64,000 bases of DNA, from NCBI GenBank assembly GCA_900088475.1, contig FLMG01001221.1, positions 49,338 through 113,337 on the forward strand. The letters run 5' to 3'. Shown here piece after piece: positions 49,264 to 59,470 of this stretch. The notes below the pieces were generated by a model, which saw only the letters and a program-made list of their open reading frames with translations, had not been told where the DNA came from and did not search any database. Position 1 is the stretch's first letter. Each line of letters starts with the position of its first letter. A program made the position numbers and the translations under genes. The DNA comes from Hyphochytrium catenoides (taxonomy: Eukaryota > Protista > Hyphochytriomycota).

Positions 49264-51044
49264 TTAGCCCTTGGTGGGAGGAGCGCCCGGGTCTAGAGGT
49301 TGGACAGAAGCAGTCACGCCGGATTTGATAGTGATCCTCTTGCTAGGGATCGACTGCGATGTCTGCTGCTCTCTCTTGCGCTTCAAGGCAAACCGGTTGT
49401 ACGGATCAAGCAACATACCCGCGACTTCGTCATCAACTTTAAGCCAGAAGTCCGGCGAGCCACCGTCTGTGTCCACTGTCTCCATAATTCTCTTTTTCAT
49501 GGCAAATGTCACGTTGATCTCGTCCACACTTTCTGGTGCGAAATGAAGACGCGCAAGGTTTCTGCTGCTCTCCAGTCGCGAGTTCTTCGCTATATCCGGA
49601 TTCCTTAGAGCTAGAGATTGCCGGAGAAAGAGTATGTTCTCGGCGCAGAACTCAGTCACCAGGTAATCCTGAAACTCGTCCATCACAGGATGGCCAAGTT
49701 TCTCTTCCAGGAGGGAGATCAAGTCTGAGCGCTTCTGCAGCCTGCGCGTGAAGGCAATTGCTTCAGACGTGCCCTCAGTGTCAGAGGCCAGTCTACTACT
49801 GGTTCTCTTTCTCAAAAACCTTCTCATCTCCTTGCGCATCTTGAGGGTGTAAAGGATGGTTCCGAAGGGGAAGCTCATCTGGCACATCATGAGGCATGTG
49901 CCAAACAAGATGACAGATGTCCAGCTATTCAGGACGGTATCGCTTGAGACCATCCCGAAGATATTGACAGACAAGTTAGCACAAGCGACACTGATACCTG
50001 CCACTGTCAGCGCCAACCGAACCCGGAAGGCGTCTCGAACTCCTTTGATGAAGAATACGCTGAAGATCATGGATAACACGAAGAAGACCACGGTAGTATA
50101 CAGATCGGCAGAGTACTATAAGAGGCACAAAGCAGCAATGAAGATCGGTGTTAGTCTAACCTGCAACGCCATGCCACTAGCAGACAGATCCTGGTAGCAC
50201 TTACCACGTTGTTATCCTCGCCACATACACTCGTATAGTCTCCGCCGCAAGGGTAGTACTTCGGGTCATTGTAGTTAACAAGCCAGTACTTCGCCGGGCT
50301 TTGCTTCAATAGGACGATGGTGGAGGCCGATCCGGCCAGCATGAGGACGATGCTGCCGACAGTATATAGCCACTGTCCCTTCAGAAGCGGCTTGTTCCTA
50401 TAGAAGATGCTGCCTCGATTGTTTACGGAATCAAAAGCCACCTGGTAGTCGATCCGTAGATGGACGGCGTTGAGAATGATGGAAGAGCAGAAGGGAAAGT
50501 AGACTGAGAAGTAGAAGATGATGCCGTAGGTTAGACACAGCTGATCCAATTGTAACCACCACGGCGCGTCGCTATAGATCTCCAGCAGAGCGAAGCCCGT
50601 GAACATGCGGGAGACGCCCATGAGTAGATAGACAATGTCGGCAGCGACAATGAGAGGAATGTGAAGACTCGAGAACGGAGGCTCATTCCTAAGTTTGATG
50701 ACGTACACGAGGTTGAAGATTGATACCACGACTCTCAAGAGAGAGATGAAGAGTTTGAAGTAGTTGGTGAAGCTGATGCCAGCAGCGTTAAAGGCGGACA
50801 GCGGCGGACTCTCCACCGTCGTCGTGTTATCTCCATTTTCTCCAGAGGAAGAGGAGGATGAGGTACCCGATGAGCTACTAGTGGAGAGCACACAGGCAAC
50901 AGGGTCGTCCTCTGCCGGGACGTTCCCCCTGTCAGCAGTGTCAGTGCTTTGAGCCATCGACCACGATTCGGGCGTAGCACATTCAGTCCAGAAGAGGATG
51001 CCGAAGAGCAGGAGAAGGAGAGGGACATTGTTTGTCACGCGCAT
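49264..51044 (-). CDS. 7TM-RGS protein (signal peptide, seven hydrophobic helices, C-terminal RGS domain), 2 exons (51044-50205, 50115-49264), 563 aa
   Basis: An 89-nt intron (GTAAGT..GACTAAC..TATAG) joins two ORFs in frame. RGS motif FQDYLVTEFCAENILFL..F..ESVDEINVT..V..MLLDPYNRF. VRDAFRVRLAL recalls the D.F.I+.E loop of 7TM-RGS proteins. Confidence 0.85.
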
Positions 51045-51469
51045 CTTATCCTTCCCACCACTGCACAGTAAATCAGCAGTAGAGTACTCAGCAGAGCTTA
51101 ACGCAAGTTGGGTGTGTGTCCGCCCCAAAGCAATACTCCTACTGCCGCTGCGTGACGATGAGACGAAGCTCAAAGCTCAACCCTTGTGCCCCTATCTCTT
51201 CCTGGGGGGAACTCTAGACTGCTCCGTGTCTCTGTTTGCGGCTTGCCGCGCCGGCGCCGGCCCGCTTGCCTTCTCAAGTTCCTTCTCTCCTCTTGTGACT
51301 CCTTCATTGTTTGAGGAGGACAAGAGAACTAAAGGACGGGCGGTGACGGTGATGAGGAGATCATCGCCTTATAAATAACAGAGCCGCACAGTATCAAGCG
51401 CCACAGAGAGTTGTAACGGCCCCTTCTTACTGGATTCTTAGGGCGCCCTTCCTTATGATGGGGAATAAT

Positions 51470-51945
51470 ACTATAATAAGGCTATCATCTGACACTATGC
51501 GCAGGAGGAAGAACGACCAGTACGCGGATGGCTCACTTGACAGTGGTTGATGATGATGAACGAGGAGGAAGGATGATCTGCTAAAGGTTTAGCTGCTGGC
51601 TGCGGCAGGCAGGCAGGCAGGAGCTCTGTCTCAGGCTAACGATGTCCTTCGCGAGTGAGAGCCAACGGACTATCTGCTGCTCCCTTCATTGGTTGTTGAG
51701 GGGCTTTATAAGTAATAATAGGCTACCATCATCCAACTCCTATGCAGAGGAAGAGGTAAGAAGAACGACCAGTACGCGGATGGCTCACCTGCCAGCGGTT
51801 GATGATGATGAAGGAGGAAGGGTGATCTGCTGCTGTGTCTGCTGGCTGCTGTCTGCGGCATGGATGTTCGCCCGCTGTCGAGCTCTGCGGCAGGCTAATG
51901 ATGTGTTCCACGATTGGCAGGCAACAGATTATCTGTTCCTTTATC
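51470..51945. repeat. Imperfect ~240-bp tandem duplication
   Basis: gaagaacgaccagtacgcggatggctcac...ggttgatgatgatgaa...tgatctgct...gagctctg...caggctaa occurs twice (~51508 and ~51760). Confidence 0.85.
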
Positions 51946-52649
51946 CTTTATTATCGTTGGTGAGCTTCCGCCCGTCTCATTCCTCCCGTAGTTTCTGCTT
52001 CTGAGGAGACTCAGCCAGCAGGGCCAGCAGATGAACAGCAACAATTGTCATCGGCGGGTCCTACAAAGGGGAAGGAGAGTCCATCATCGCACCCTTCTTA
52101 TCATCCTTCTTCCTTCTCTTCTCCTCATCCTTTCCTTTGTTAGTTTTCCTCCAGAATAATAGAGAACAACGCTTCTGAGAAGAGCTGATGAGCTTGATGC
52201 TCGCAGGTGAATGAAGGAGTGAAGGTGGTGGAAGTAGTGGCATCGTAAGGGTGAAAGAAGAAGAAGGAACAAAGAGCAATGGGACAGCGTTGCAGCTGCA
52301 ATGTCTGATGCTAGAGAAGGACAGTTAAAGGATAAACAGCAGCGGTTCTTTATATTGTCAGCATTCTTTTATTAGATGACATCTTCTGATGCTTCAAAAG
52401 GTTATCACCATTACTGAGAGCTCCTGAATAAGAGAGATGCACGGCGAAACGACGAGGACACGGAGAGAGAGTGAGAGAGAGAGAGCAAAAAGAGAGAGAG
52501 AGCTGGCACCATGCAGCTAGTAGGGGAAAAAAGAAACAAGTCCAGACAAAGGAGTACGCAATGTAATCCTTCCAAAGGAGAGAGGAGAGCGTACTACTAC
52601 GGTTGACAGATTGACAAGAGAAAGATTCTCGGCTTCCCTTCTGCTGTGC

Positions 52650-53537
52650 TTAGAAGTATCTGACCACATAGTTGTTCACGAAGTGATCCACCATGTTCCC
52701 CGCTCCAGCAGAGCTAGGAAAGTCTTCATCCTTAGGCTCGACACGGAACCCTGTCATATGGAAAGCGTTGCCCCAGTGTCTATACCGTCTGACACCGATA
52801 GGAGGGCCGCTGTTGGGCACTGGATCGTTCTTGTTGACAAAGCGATACTTAACGATGTCCTCTCTGATGGATGCCAGAGGAGCAGAGGCAGAGGGCTCCT
52901 TAGTGGCAAGGGATTGAGGCTCTCCATAGGAGTAAACGACCAGGTAAGGAGACCTTGGCTCACGGAGGCGGGTGAAGTTGAATGACAGCGCCCCAGCAGC
53001 GTTCCTGTCCAAAGAAGCGTCCTTCGCAAAGTAGATGGCACTCAGAGCGGCGAGTGAAGCACCACGGGAATGCCCAGTGAGGACGAGCTTGTGCTGTGGG
53101 CTCTGGTTCAGGCAATCCTGGACGTCTGCCACAAATGCGGCGTTGTTCCTGAAGTTACTGATGGCCTTTGTGAAGCCAGAGTGAGAGTACGCCATCACCT
53201 TGCCGTCCTTAGCTTTGAACTCGATGACTCTGTCGTCTGAGTTGCCAGTCGGGCCGTTCCAGTCCTGGTTGTCGTTGGAGCCTCTGAACGAGATGATGCA
53301 GGTGTTGTCCCCGCTGGCAGTGAAGGCAAAGTCGTTAGCCGCCGTGTGGCGCTTCCTGAGCTTATACTTGGCCGAGCCAAGGCCGAACCCCGTGTAGGCT
53401 TGGAAGGAGAAGAGAGCCATATCCGTGGCTAGGTCCCTGTCATAAGCGGCGGCTACGCTGCTTTCTGCGTCGATGTGGGCAGTCATTGCGGCCGCCAAGA
53501 TCGCCGTGTAGGCCAGACCACGTAGTAGGCGATCCAT
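52650..53537 (-). CDS. Secreted class 3 lipase paralog, intronless, 295 aa
   Basis: Start MDRLLRG at 53537, matching the paralog. Same catalytic motifs (GHSRG, NDPVP, DH), and the central ~125 aa are identical to 42025-42921. Confidence 0.92.
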   Translation of the reverse strand: MDRLLRGLAYTAILAAAMTAHIDAESSVAAAYDRDLATDMALFSFQAYTGFGLGSAKYKLRKRHTAANDFAFTASGDNTCIISFRGSNDNQDWNGPTGNSDDRVIEFKAKDGKVMAYSHSGFTKAISNFRNNAAFVADVQDCLNQSPQHKLVLTGHSRGASLAALSAIYFAKDASLDRNAAGALSFNFTRLREPRSPYLVVYSYGEPQSLATKEPSASAPLASIREDIVKYRFVNKNDPVPNSGPPIGVRRYRHWGNAFHMTGFRVEPKDEDFPSSAGAGNMVDHFVNNYVVRYF

Positions 53538-55482
53538 CCTCCTGCTTTTTGAGGCCACTCTGGGTGTTCTATTACTGTTGAGACTGGAGCGGAGCTTGTT
53601 CTTGGGTCTGTCTGTTGGCCAGTTGGAAAATTGGAGAATGACTATAAGACGCAACGGCTCCCAACAAGAGGCCATCAGGCAGAAGTCCAGGCTCCTGCCC
53701 GTAATATACCCGCTGTCTGTGGATAGGCCAAGTCTTCATAGGTATGCAGCTTGACAAGAAGGAAGATTAGTGGCAACGCACCAAGCAAGAAAGAGCAAGG
53801 AGGGAGAAGGGAAGATAGCAAGGTGCGGGACAAGGATGATGGCAGAAAGGCGACAGATCTCAAGATTGATGACGCGCCGGCAGGGACTCCTCCTCCAGTT
53901 CCTTAGTCAGGTAGAAATCTGTCTGCGGGGACAAGTGTCCTGACTACTAGCTCGAGCAGTAGTACTCAGAGCAAAAGGGGCGCAGGCCCGCGTCGGCGTG
54001 CAATGACAGGCCGTCGGACAAAGTCTCTCAGCAGAGCAGTAAAGGGAGGGAGAAAGGAGAGGTAGCGACCAGGACCAGTTCTTATCTATGTTTTCAGTGC
54101 GTCTCCATCAAAGAAGGTAGACCATAAGTACCTTACGCCGCCTAGCTTCCTTATTCCCTCTCTCTTTCTCTTTCTCTCTCTGTCTCTCTCTCTGCTCTCT
54201 TACGTCTCTCTCCTCCTCGTCATCCACAGTAAGGTGTTAGACAGAGAGACAGGAAAGAGTGAGTGGTGGAGACGGCCAGGGCCCGCTCGCTTCTGGCTCT
54301 AGACATTGACGTGGAGATGTCCTCGCTGCGTCACCGCCCGCGAGGTAGCAGGTGATAATCTGCAGCGCGGTGGAGATGCGAGTCTAAATCTTCTCTTTAC
54401 ATGGCTCCCCTTCCAGTGTGAGAGCTACTAGATCTCCTTTGACCTTTCTTCTCGTCGTTGGCCCGATGACAAGCAGTTAGAAGGCTCTTGAAGAGGCCAT
54501 TGCTTCTGTTATGACACCAGACACAAGCGTACCGAGTCCTCCTTCTCCCTTGATCTAACAAGGAAAGAAGCAAGTGAGAAAGACAAGAAGAAGGAGAGCA
54601 AGAGAGCTATTATTCTATGAGAGCATCATCCTACTAGGAAGAAGAAGAAAGAGATGCGCCTTGCTTGCTGATGATGATCAGAGGCGGGAGGTGACTTGAA
54701 GAATGCTCCCGTTGCCCTCGCGGTCATCCTAAGAATCTTTATCCTCATCGCCATCTCTACTCAACTTTTCACATGGTCGTCTGTACGCTCTTCCATTCTT
54801 TATCATGGCCTTTCCCGTCGTCTGCGCTCCGTCTTTCTGCCATCAAGAGAGAAGTAGCACAAGGGACAGGCACCACGACGTCCCTGTCTCTCTCTCTCTC
54901 TTGATCTTCTGCGTGAGAGGAAGGCTATTGTTCCTGTTCAAATATTATTGGTCACGGAGTTGAACTGTCACGGCAGCAAAGATCCATCAGCAGCTACCTA
55001 GAGTTCTTCCTTCTCCTCCACCTCGTGCTTCTGGACTCTTGGTCCACCACTAGCCACCAGCAGAAGGGATATGGCCTGTACATCTTGGCCAGGCACGCCG
55101 CATCTGCTGCATCTTATGCAAAGACCTCACGGTTAGCACGCCAGACCTCCGCAGGAGCGAATTGCCAGAACTTCTTCCTCCCCTTGTCCAAGACATACAT
55201 CGGACAATTGAGCAGCATGATGAGACGGAGGGAGGACGGAGCTATGATGAGGGAAGGTAGGATAAAGCCTGCGATCAAGATGGCGTGAAGAGGACTGCTC
55301 GACGTGGCCAGTCAAGAGATGATGCGGCCGCAAGACGGAAAGAACATGGAGAAAGGCTGGAGAAGCCCTTGGAACTTCTGTTCAATCAACAGCAAGGTGG
55401 GTTGAGCAGAAGAAGAAAGAAGGAGAAGAGCAATTGGCGCTCCATAGTCGTTAGCAGCCTTTCGGCTCCCTACCTTCGATAT

Positions 55483-55552
55483 CAGCAGCAGTGGCAGCAG
55501 GAGCAGCAGCAGCAGGAGCAGCAGAAGAAGCAGGAGCAGCAGCAGCGGCAGC
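55483..55552. repeat. (CAG)n/(CAGGAG) triplet repeat
   Basis: cagcagcagtggcagcaggagcagcagcagcaggag... Confidence 0.85.
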
Positions 55553-56800
55553 ACTAGAACTTGAGCTCCACTAACTCTTGCGCCTTAGAGGTAGTAGTAG
55601 AAAAGGAAGTAGACGTGAGACCAGCGTAATAGATAGTAGGCTTGTCGGTAGTTGTTAGCCAGCAGCAGGTAGAAGAAAGGCCCCTTGGCGGCAAGTATAA
55701 GCGGTGTACGAGCTAGATGAAGAGGGTTAACGAGTGAGCAAGGGACGAGCGATGGATAGGTGTTGGCTTGCAGCAGAAGAGCCGCAGTCGAGCTGGACGA
55801 AACGCCCAGCTCTCCGCATTGTTGAGCGCCTAGATAGCTTTGCTAGTAGCAGAGGTGTTGCGGCAATAGAGTGAGAAGAACTCTAACGATCTGCAGTCAA
55901 CATTGACAATAAGGACATACTAATGATCTGTCATCCTTGAGCTTTCCACGGCCCTGCTGTCTCGTCTAAAGCGCTCCAGACCAGACAACGGACCTGTGAC
56001 GGACCTCTGTACAAAGTTGACAAGTCGGTGTGCTATCGTTGCAGCTGTCTCCTCATCAGCTCCTTCCTACGTCGAGAGAGAGTAGGACCTAGCCTCTTGA
56101 ATGGTCTCTATGCCGCTCCAAGATGACATCTTTGGCCCTGACACTAGGAGCCAACCTCTTCCCTGCCTTCTGCTCTACATTTGTAAGAGCGTTCATCGCT
56201 CTTAGGAACTGTTGATTAACTCTATATAACTAGTGAAAAAGGAAACCTCTTGGGCTGTCTCTCTCTCTCTCTGTTGCAGCCGCTCGACGGTGCTGAGAAG
56301 ATGACGGTAGGCACGGCCCATCTGTCAATCGATAGCTATATCAGCTCTACAGGGTGAACCTTGAGAGCAACTCTGGTGCCTCGCATCGGGTGGTTCCACT
56401 TCTGTCTGTTATAAGAGATACCAACAATAGACACTAGGCCGTCAAGACAACAGGCCATAGACACAATAGCGACGCCCCAGCACCACTAAAGCTTCCCGCT
56501 CACTATCATTGTCGCGCGTTAGCCTGCTCCTGATCACTACTTTTCTCAGCCCTTCTTCGTCAGCAACGCGGTGAGGCATTCTCTATCACTTCACTGCACA
56601 TGATCTAGGTAGAGGGAAGGCAGAGGAATGTAATAGCAGGGGAACTGCTGCTCACACTGCAGAAGAATCTTCCATTTGCTTCCTGCCGCATCAGCATCTA
56701 TGCCCAACCAAAGGTCCGTCTATTTATCATCGTCAGGGCATGGATGGGATTTGCATCCTCATTGGTGACCCTAGCCTCAATCCCTTAATCAGCTTCTTCC

Positions 56801-58360
56801 CTATCCAGGACCATCATTGGCAGTTCCTTCCCAGCACTTAGCAGGGGCCCATGCAGAAGGCACCTGTTCCTTGTTTCCTGCTCTATTGACTCTCTTTGGT
56901 GATGACTCCTGCTCCCCATCCCCACCAACGTTTGAAGGCGATGCCCCGGAGGAGACTTCGGTGTCCTTTTCTTCTCTTGATGGTGGCGACTGGTAGAGCG
57001 TAGGGCTTGCCGGGGTGGCCGAAGGAGAACCACGACCTGACAATGAGGTAACAGGAACGCCAGATAGCTCTATAATTCTCAGCCTGCTTCTGAGTATCAC
57101 GCAGTCCTTTGGATGTCTAAAGGCGAGGTAGGTAGTACGGAACATGAGCATCAGCAAGCTAAAGCCGCGGTTAAGACAGAATTCCACTACTGACAAGCTC
57201 CATTCTGAGGCTATGGGAAGACTGGACTTGCCGCTTTGCTCTCCCATCGCTAATGTTTGCTCTGCAATTCTCCGGTCGTTGCTGTCCTTATCGTCATATA
57301 GTGCGATTCCATCGCTAAAGTCCAGCTTGTAGGAGCACATGTTGGGCGACATGCGGAGGTAGATAAGGGCAAGATAAGTAGGGAAAAGGAGACTCCACGA
57401 GACGAGTGACACCTTCATGCCCTTCCGGAGGGATATAGGATAGCTGTCATACACAAGGAAGACACCTGCCGTTCCTACGACGAAGGAGAAAGCTAGGAAC
57501 CAGCCTGAGAAGCTGAAGCAGAAGACTCCCGAAAGAGACACACCAAACATCACGAACTCAGCAATGAAGATTAGTGCATCCACCGTTTTGAGAGATCTCC
57601 GAAAGAGCTCCAAGTTCCAAAACGATGCTTGTCTGAACGCCAAGAAAATGACCAAGAAGCCAAACAGCGCTGCCAGCATTGCACTCCCAGATGGTTCAAG
57701 AGGAAGGAGCAAGTGGCAATAGAGTAGTGCGCAGGTGCCAAAGAACATTGTAGTTGGTAGGGGTCCCACATTAAGAATGCGCTTGTGCCTCCACCACCAC
57801 TCGAAAAATTGTCTGCCGAAGAATGCTTCCAACCCTGTTAAATTGCTCTCTTCTAGACTAAGCTCCGCATACGACTGAACGGCAGTCATTAGTCGCACCT
57901 TCTGTTCGCGTTGTCCCTCAACTTGACGCTTGTGAGTAGATGCAGAAGGGGGAACCAGCTGTGGGGCTAGGGGAGGTTGACCTCTCCTACCCGAAGAAAA
58001 CCTTTGTTCTTCGTCGTGGGTCACCCAAAGCTTTGGAGCCACCTTCTTCTGCGTACACCTGGAGCTCTTAGCGGACGCCTCGTCAACCAGAGTTGAGGGC
58101 TGAGGAAGAACAAAGTCTTTGGCTGTTGAGGCCAGCGCAGCATCTATTTCCTCTCTAACTGCAAGCAGGGCTGCCCTGTGACCCCGCTCGTCAAGAAGAC
58201 TTCTCGGTTTGATGCGAAGATGTTGAAGGAGAGACTCACAGAGAATGAGAAGTACGGACCTCTGGGAGGATGCCTGCCCCCACGGGATGACTTCTGAGGA
58301 ATGAGGTGAGGAGGAAAACTTATTTTTGGAAGGGATGGAGCCTCTGGAAGTGCTCATCAT
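56801..58360 (-). CDS. Single-unit paralog of the uncharacterised multi-pass membrane family, 519 aa
   Basis: VREEIDAAL, AVQSYAELSLEESNLTGLEAFFG, LKTVDAL, VFCF, YDS, CSYKLDF, EWSLS..FCLNRGFSLLML and RHPKDCVILRSRLRI align with both halves of 45335-47686. Confidence 0.85.
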   Translation of the reverse strand: MMSTSRGSIPSKNKFSSSPHSSEVIPWGQASSQRSVLLILCESLLQHLRIKPRSLLDERGHRAALLAVREEIDAALASTAKDFVLPQPSTLVDEASAKSSRCTQKKVAPKLWVTHDEEQRFSSGRRGQPPLAPQLVPPSASTHKRQVEGQREQKVRLMTAVQSYAELSLEESNLTGLEAFFGRQFFEWWWRHKRILNVGPLPTTMFFGTCALLYCHLLLPLEPSGSAMLAALFGFLVIFLAFRQASFWNLELFRRSLKTVDALIFIAEFVMFGVSLSGVFCFSFSGWFLAFSFVVGTAGVFLVYDSYPISLRKGMKVSLVSWSLLFPTYLALIYLRMSPNMCSYKLDFSDGIALYDDKDSNDRRIAEQTLAMGEQSGKSSLPIASEWSLSVVEFCLNRGFSLLMLMFRTTYLAFRHPKDCVILRSRLRIIELSGVPVTSLSGRGSPSATPASPTLYQSPPSREEKDTEVSSGASPSNVGGDGEQESSPKRVNRAGNKEQVPSAWAPAKCWEGTANDGPG

Positions 58361-59119
58361 CTGTGGTTTCCTCTGTACGCCTGCCGGTTCAGTCTATCTA
58401 GGTGTTTCTCGAGCCGTAGACAGGATGGAGGTTGTCAGTTTGTTGTGATGCTATGGCGGGCTTGTTGATTGTGGAGGGCGCAGCACCTCATCATCAGTAA
58501 GTCCATCAACGCTCCACCTGGTTAGTGAAGACTTCTCAAGACAAGCCATCCATGGTCAACAAGCTCGAGGAGCTCCACTAAGTGCCATCTTCGATAACCC
58601 TCACCAGGTAATGCCACCGCCTCCGATGCTTCTGTCATGCTCAAACCGACGGAAGACTCTCTTACCCTCGTAGCTTCTTCAAGACCGGCGTTGTTCTGGC
58701 ATCATCCTGCCTCACAGCAGCAGCAGCAGCAGCAGCGGACACCGCCAAGAAGAAGGAAGAAGGCCACCAGTGACAAATAGTCCGGAGGAATAAAGTTATG
58801 AAGGTTGCAAGCAAGTCAAAGGTCATGGTCTCGTTGAAAGCTCCTCAAGCGTGCCGATTATAAATAAGAGCCAGTAAATGAGCTATGTTCAGTATAGAGG
58901 GTACAGGATCCTCAATACATGGCCGTTACGTTGATTCGGATGTGGTCTGGTGATGGCCTCTGGGATTCAAAGAAGAGTCGTCCTTTAACGACCCAGCGCG
59001 CTGCCGCCGCCAGCAGAAGGCATTGTTATCCTCCTCTGGGCCAGCTGCCTAAGAATGCGGTGGCGGCCACCATTTTAATTTCTTTACTCTTTCTTCTCGC
59101 CATAAGACTGCTATGAAGT

Positions 59120-59470
59120 GAATTTTTAGATTTACGTAAGAATCAAGGTAGCGAAGACCTTAGAGCGCGTGATCTCTTTTTAGCTATGTGGATTTCTGAT
59201 TTATTTATGAAACAAGTTGAAATAGATGGTGATTGGTATCTTATGGACCCAGATGAATGTCCTGGATTAACAGATAAATATGGAGATGAATATGAAGAAT
59301 TATATTGGAAATATGTTGAAGAACAAAAATTCAGAAGAAAGGTTAAAGCTCAAGATATTTGGTTAAAAATATTAGAATCTCAAATTGAAACAGGTACACC
59401 TTATATTTTATATAAAGACCAAGCTAATAAGAAGTCTAATCAAAAGAATATTGGTACAATTAAATCTAGT
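59120..59470 (+). other. Foreign AT-rich insertion: 117-codon fragment of class Ia ribonucleotide reductase large subunit, probably of giant-virus origin
   Basis: [76 protein letters not shown]. Hand count gives 103/351 G+C (~29%) against ~50% flanks. No introns or stops, and the ends are abrupt. Confidence 0.9.

Noticed and set aside
52650-53675. Longer 341-aa start for the second lipase
   Set aside because: The paralog and signal peptide place the start at ATG 53537.
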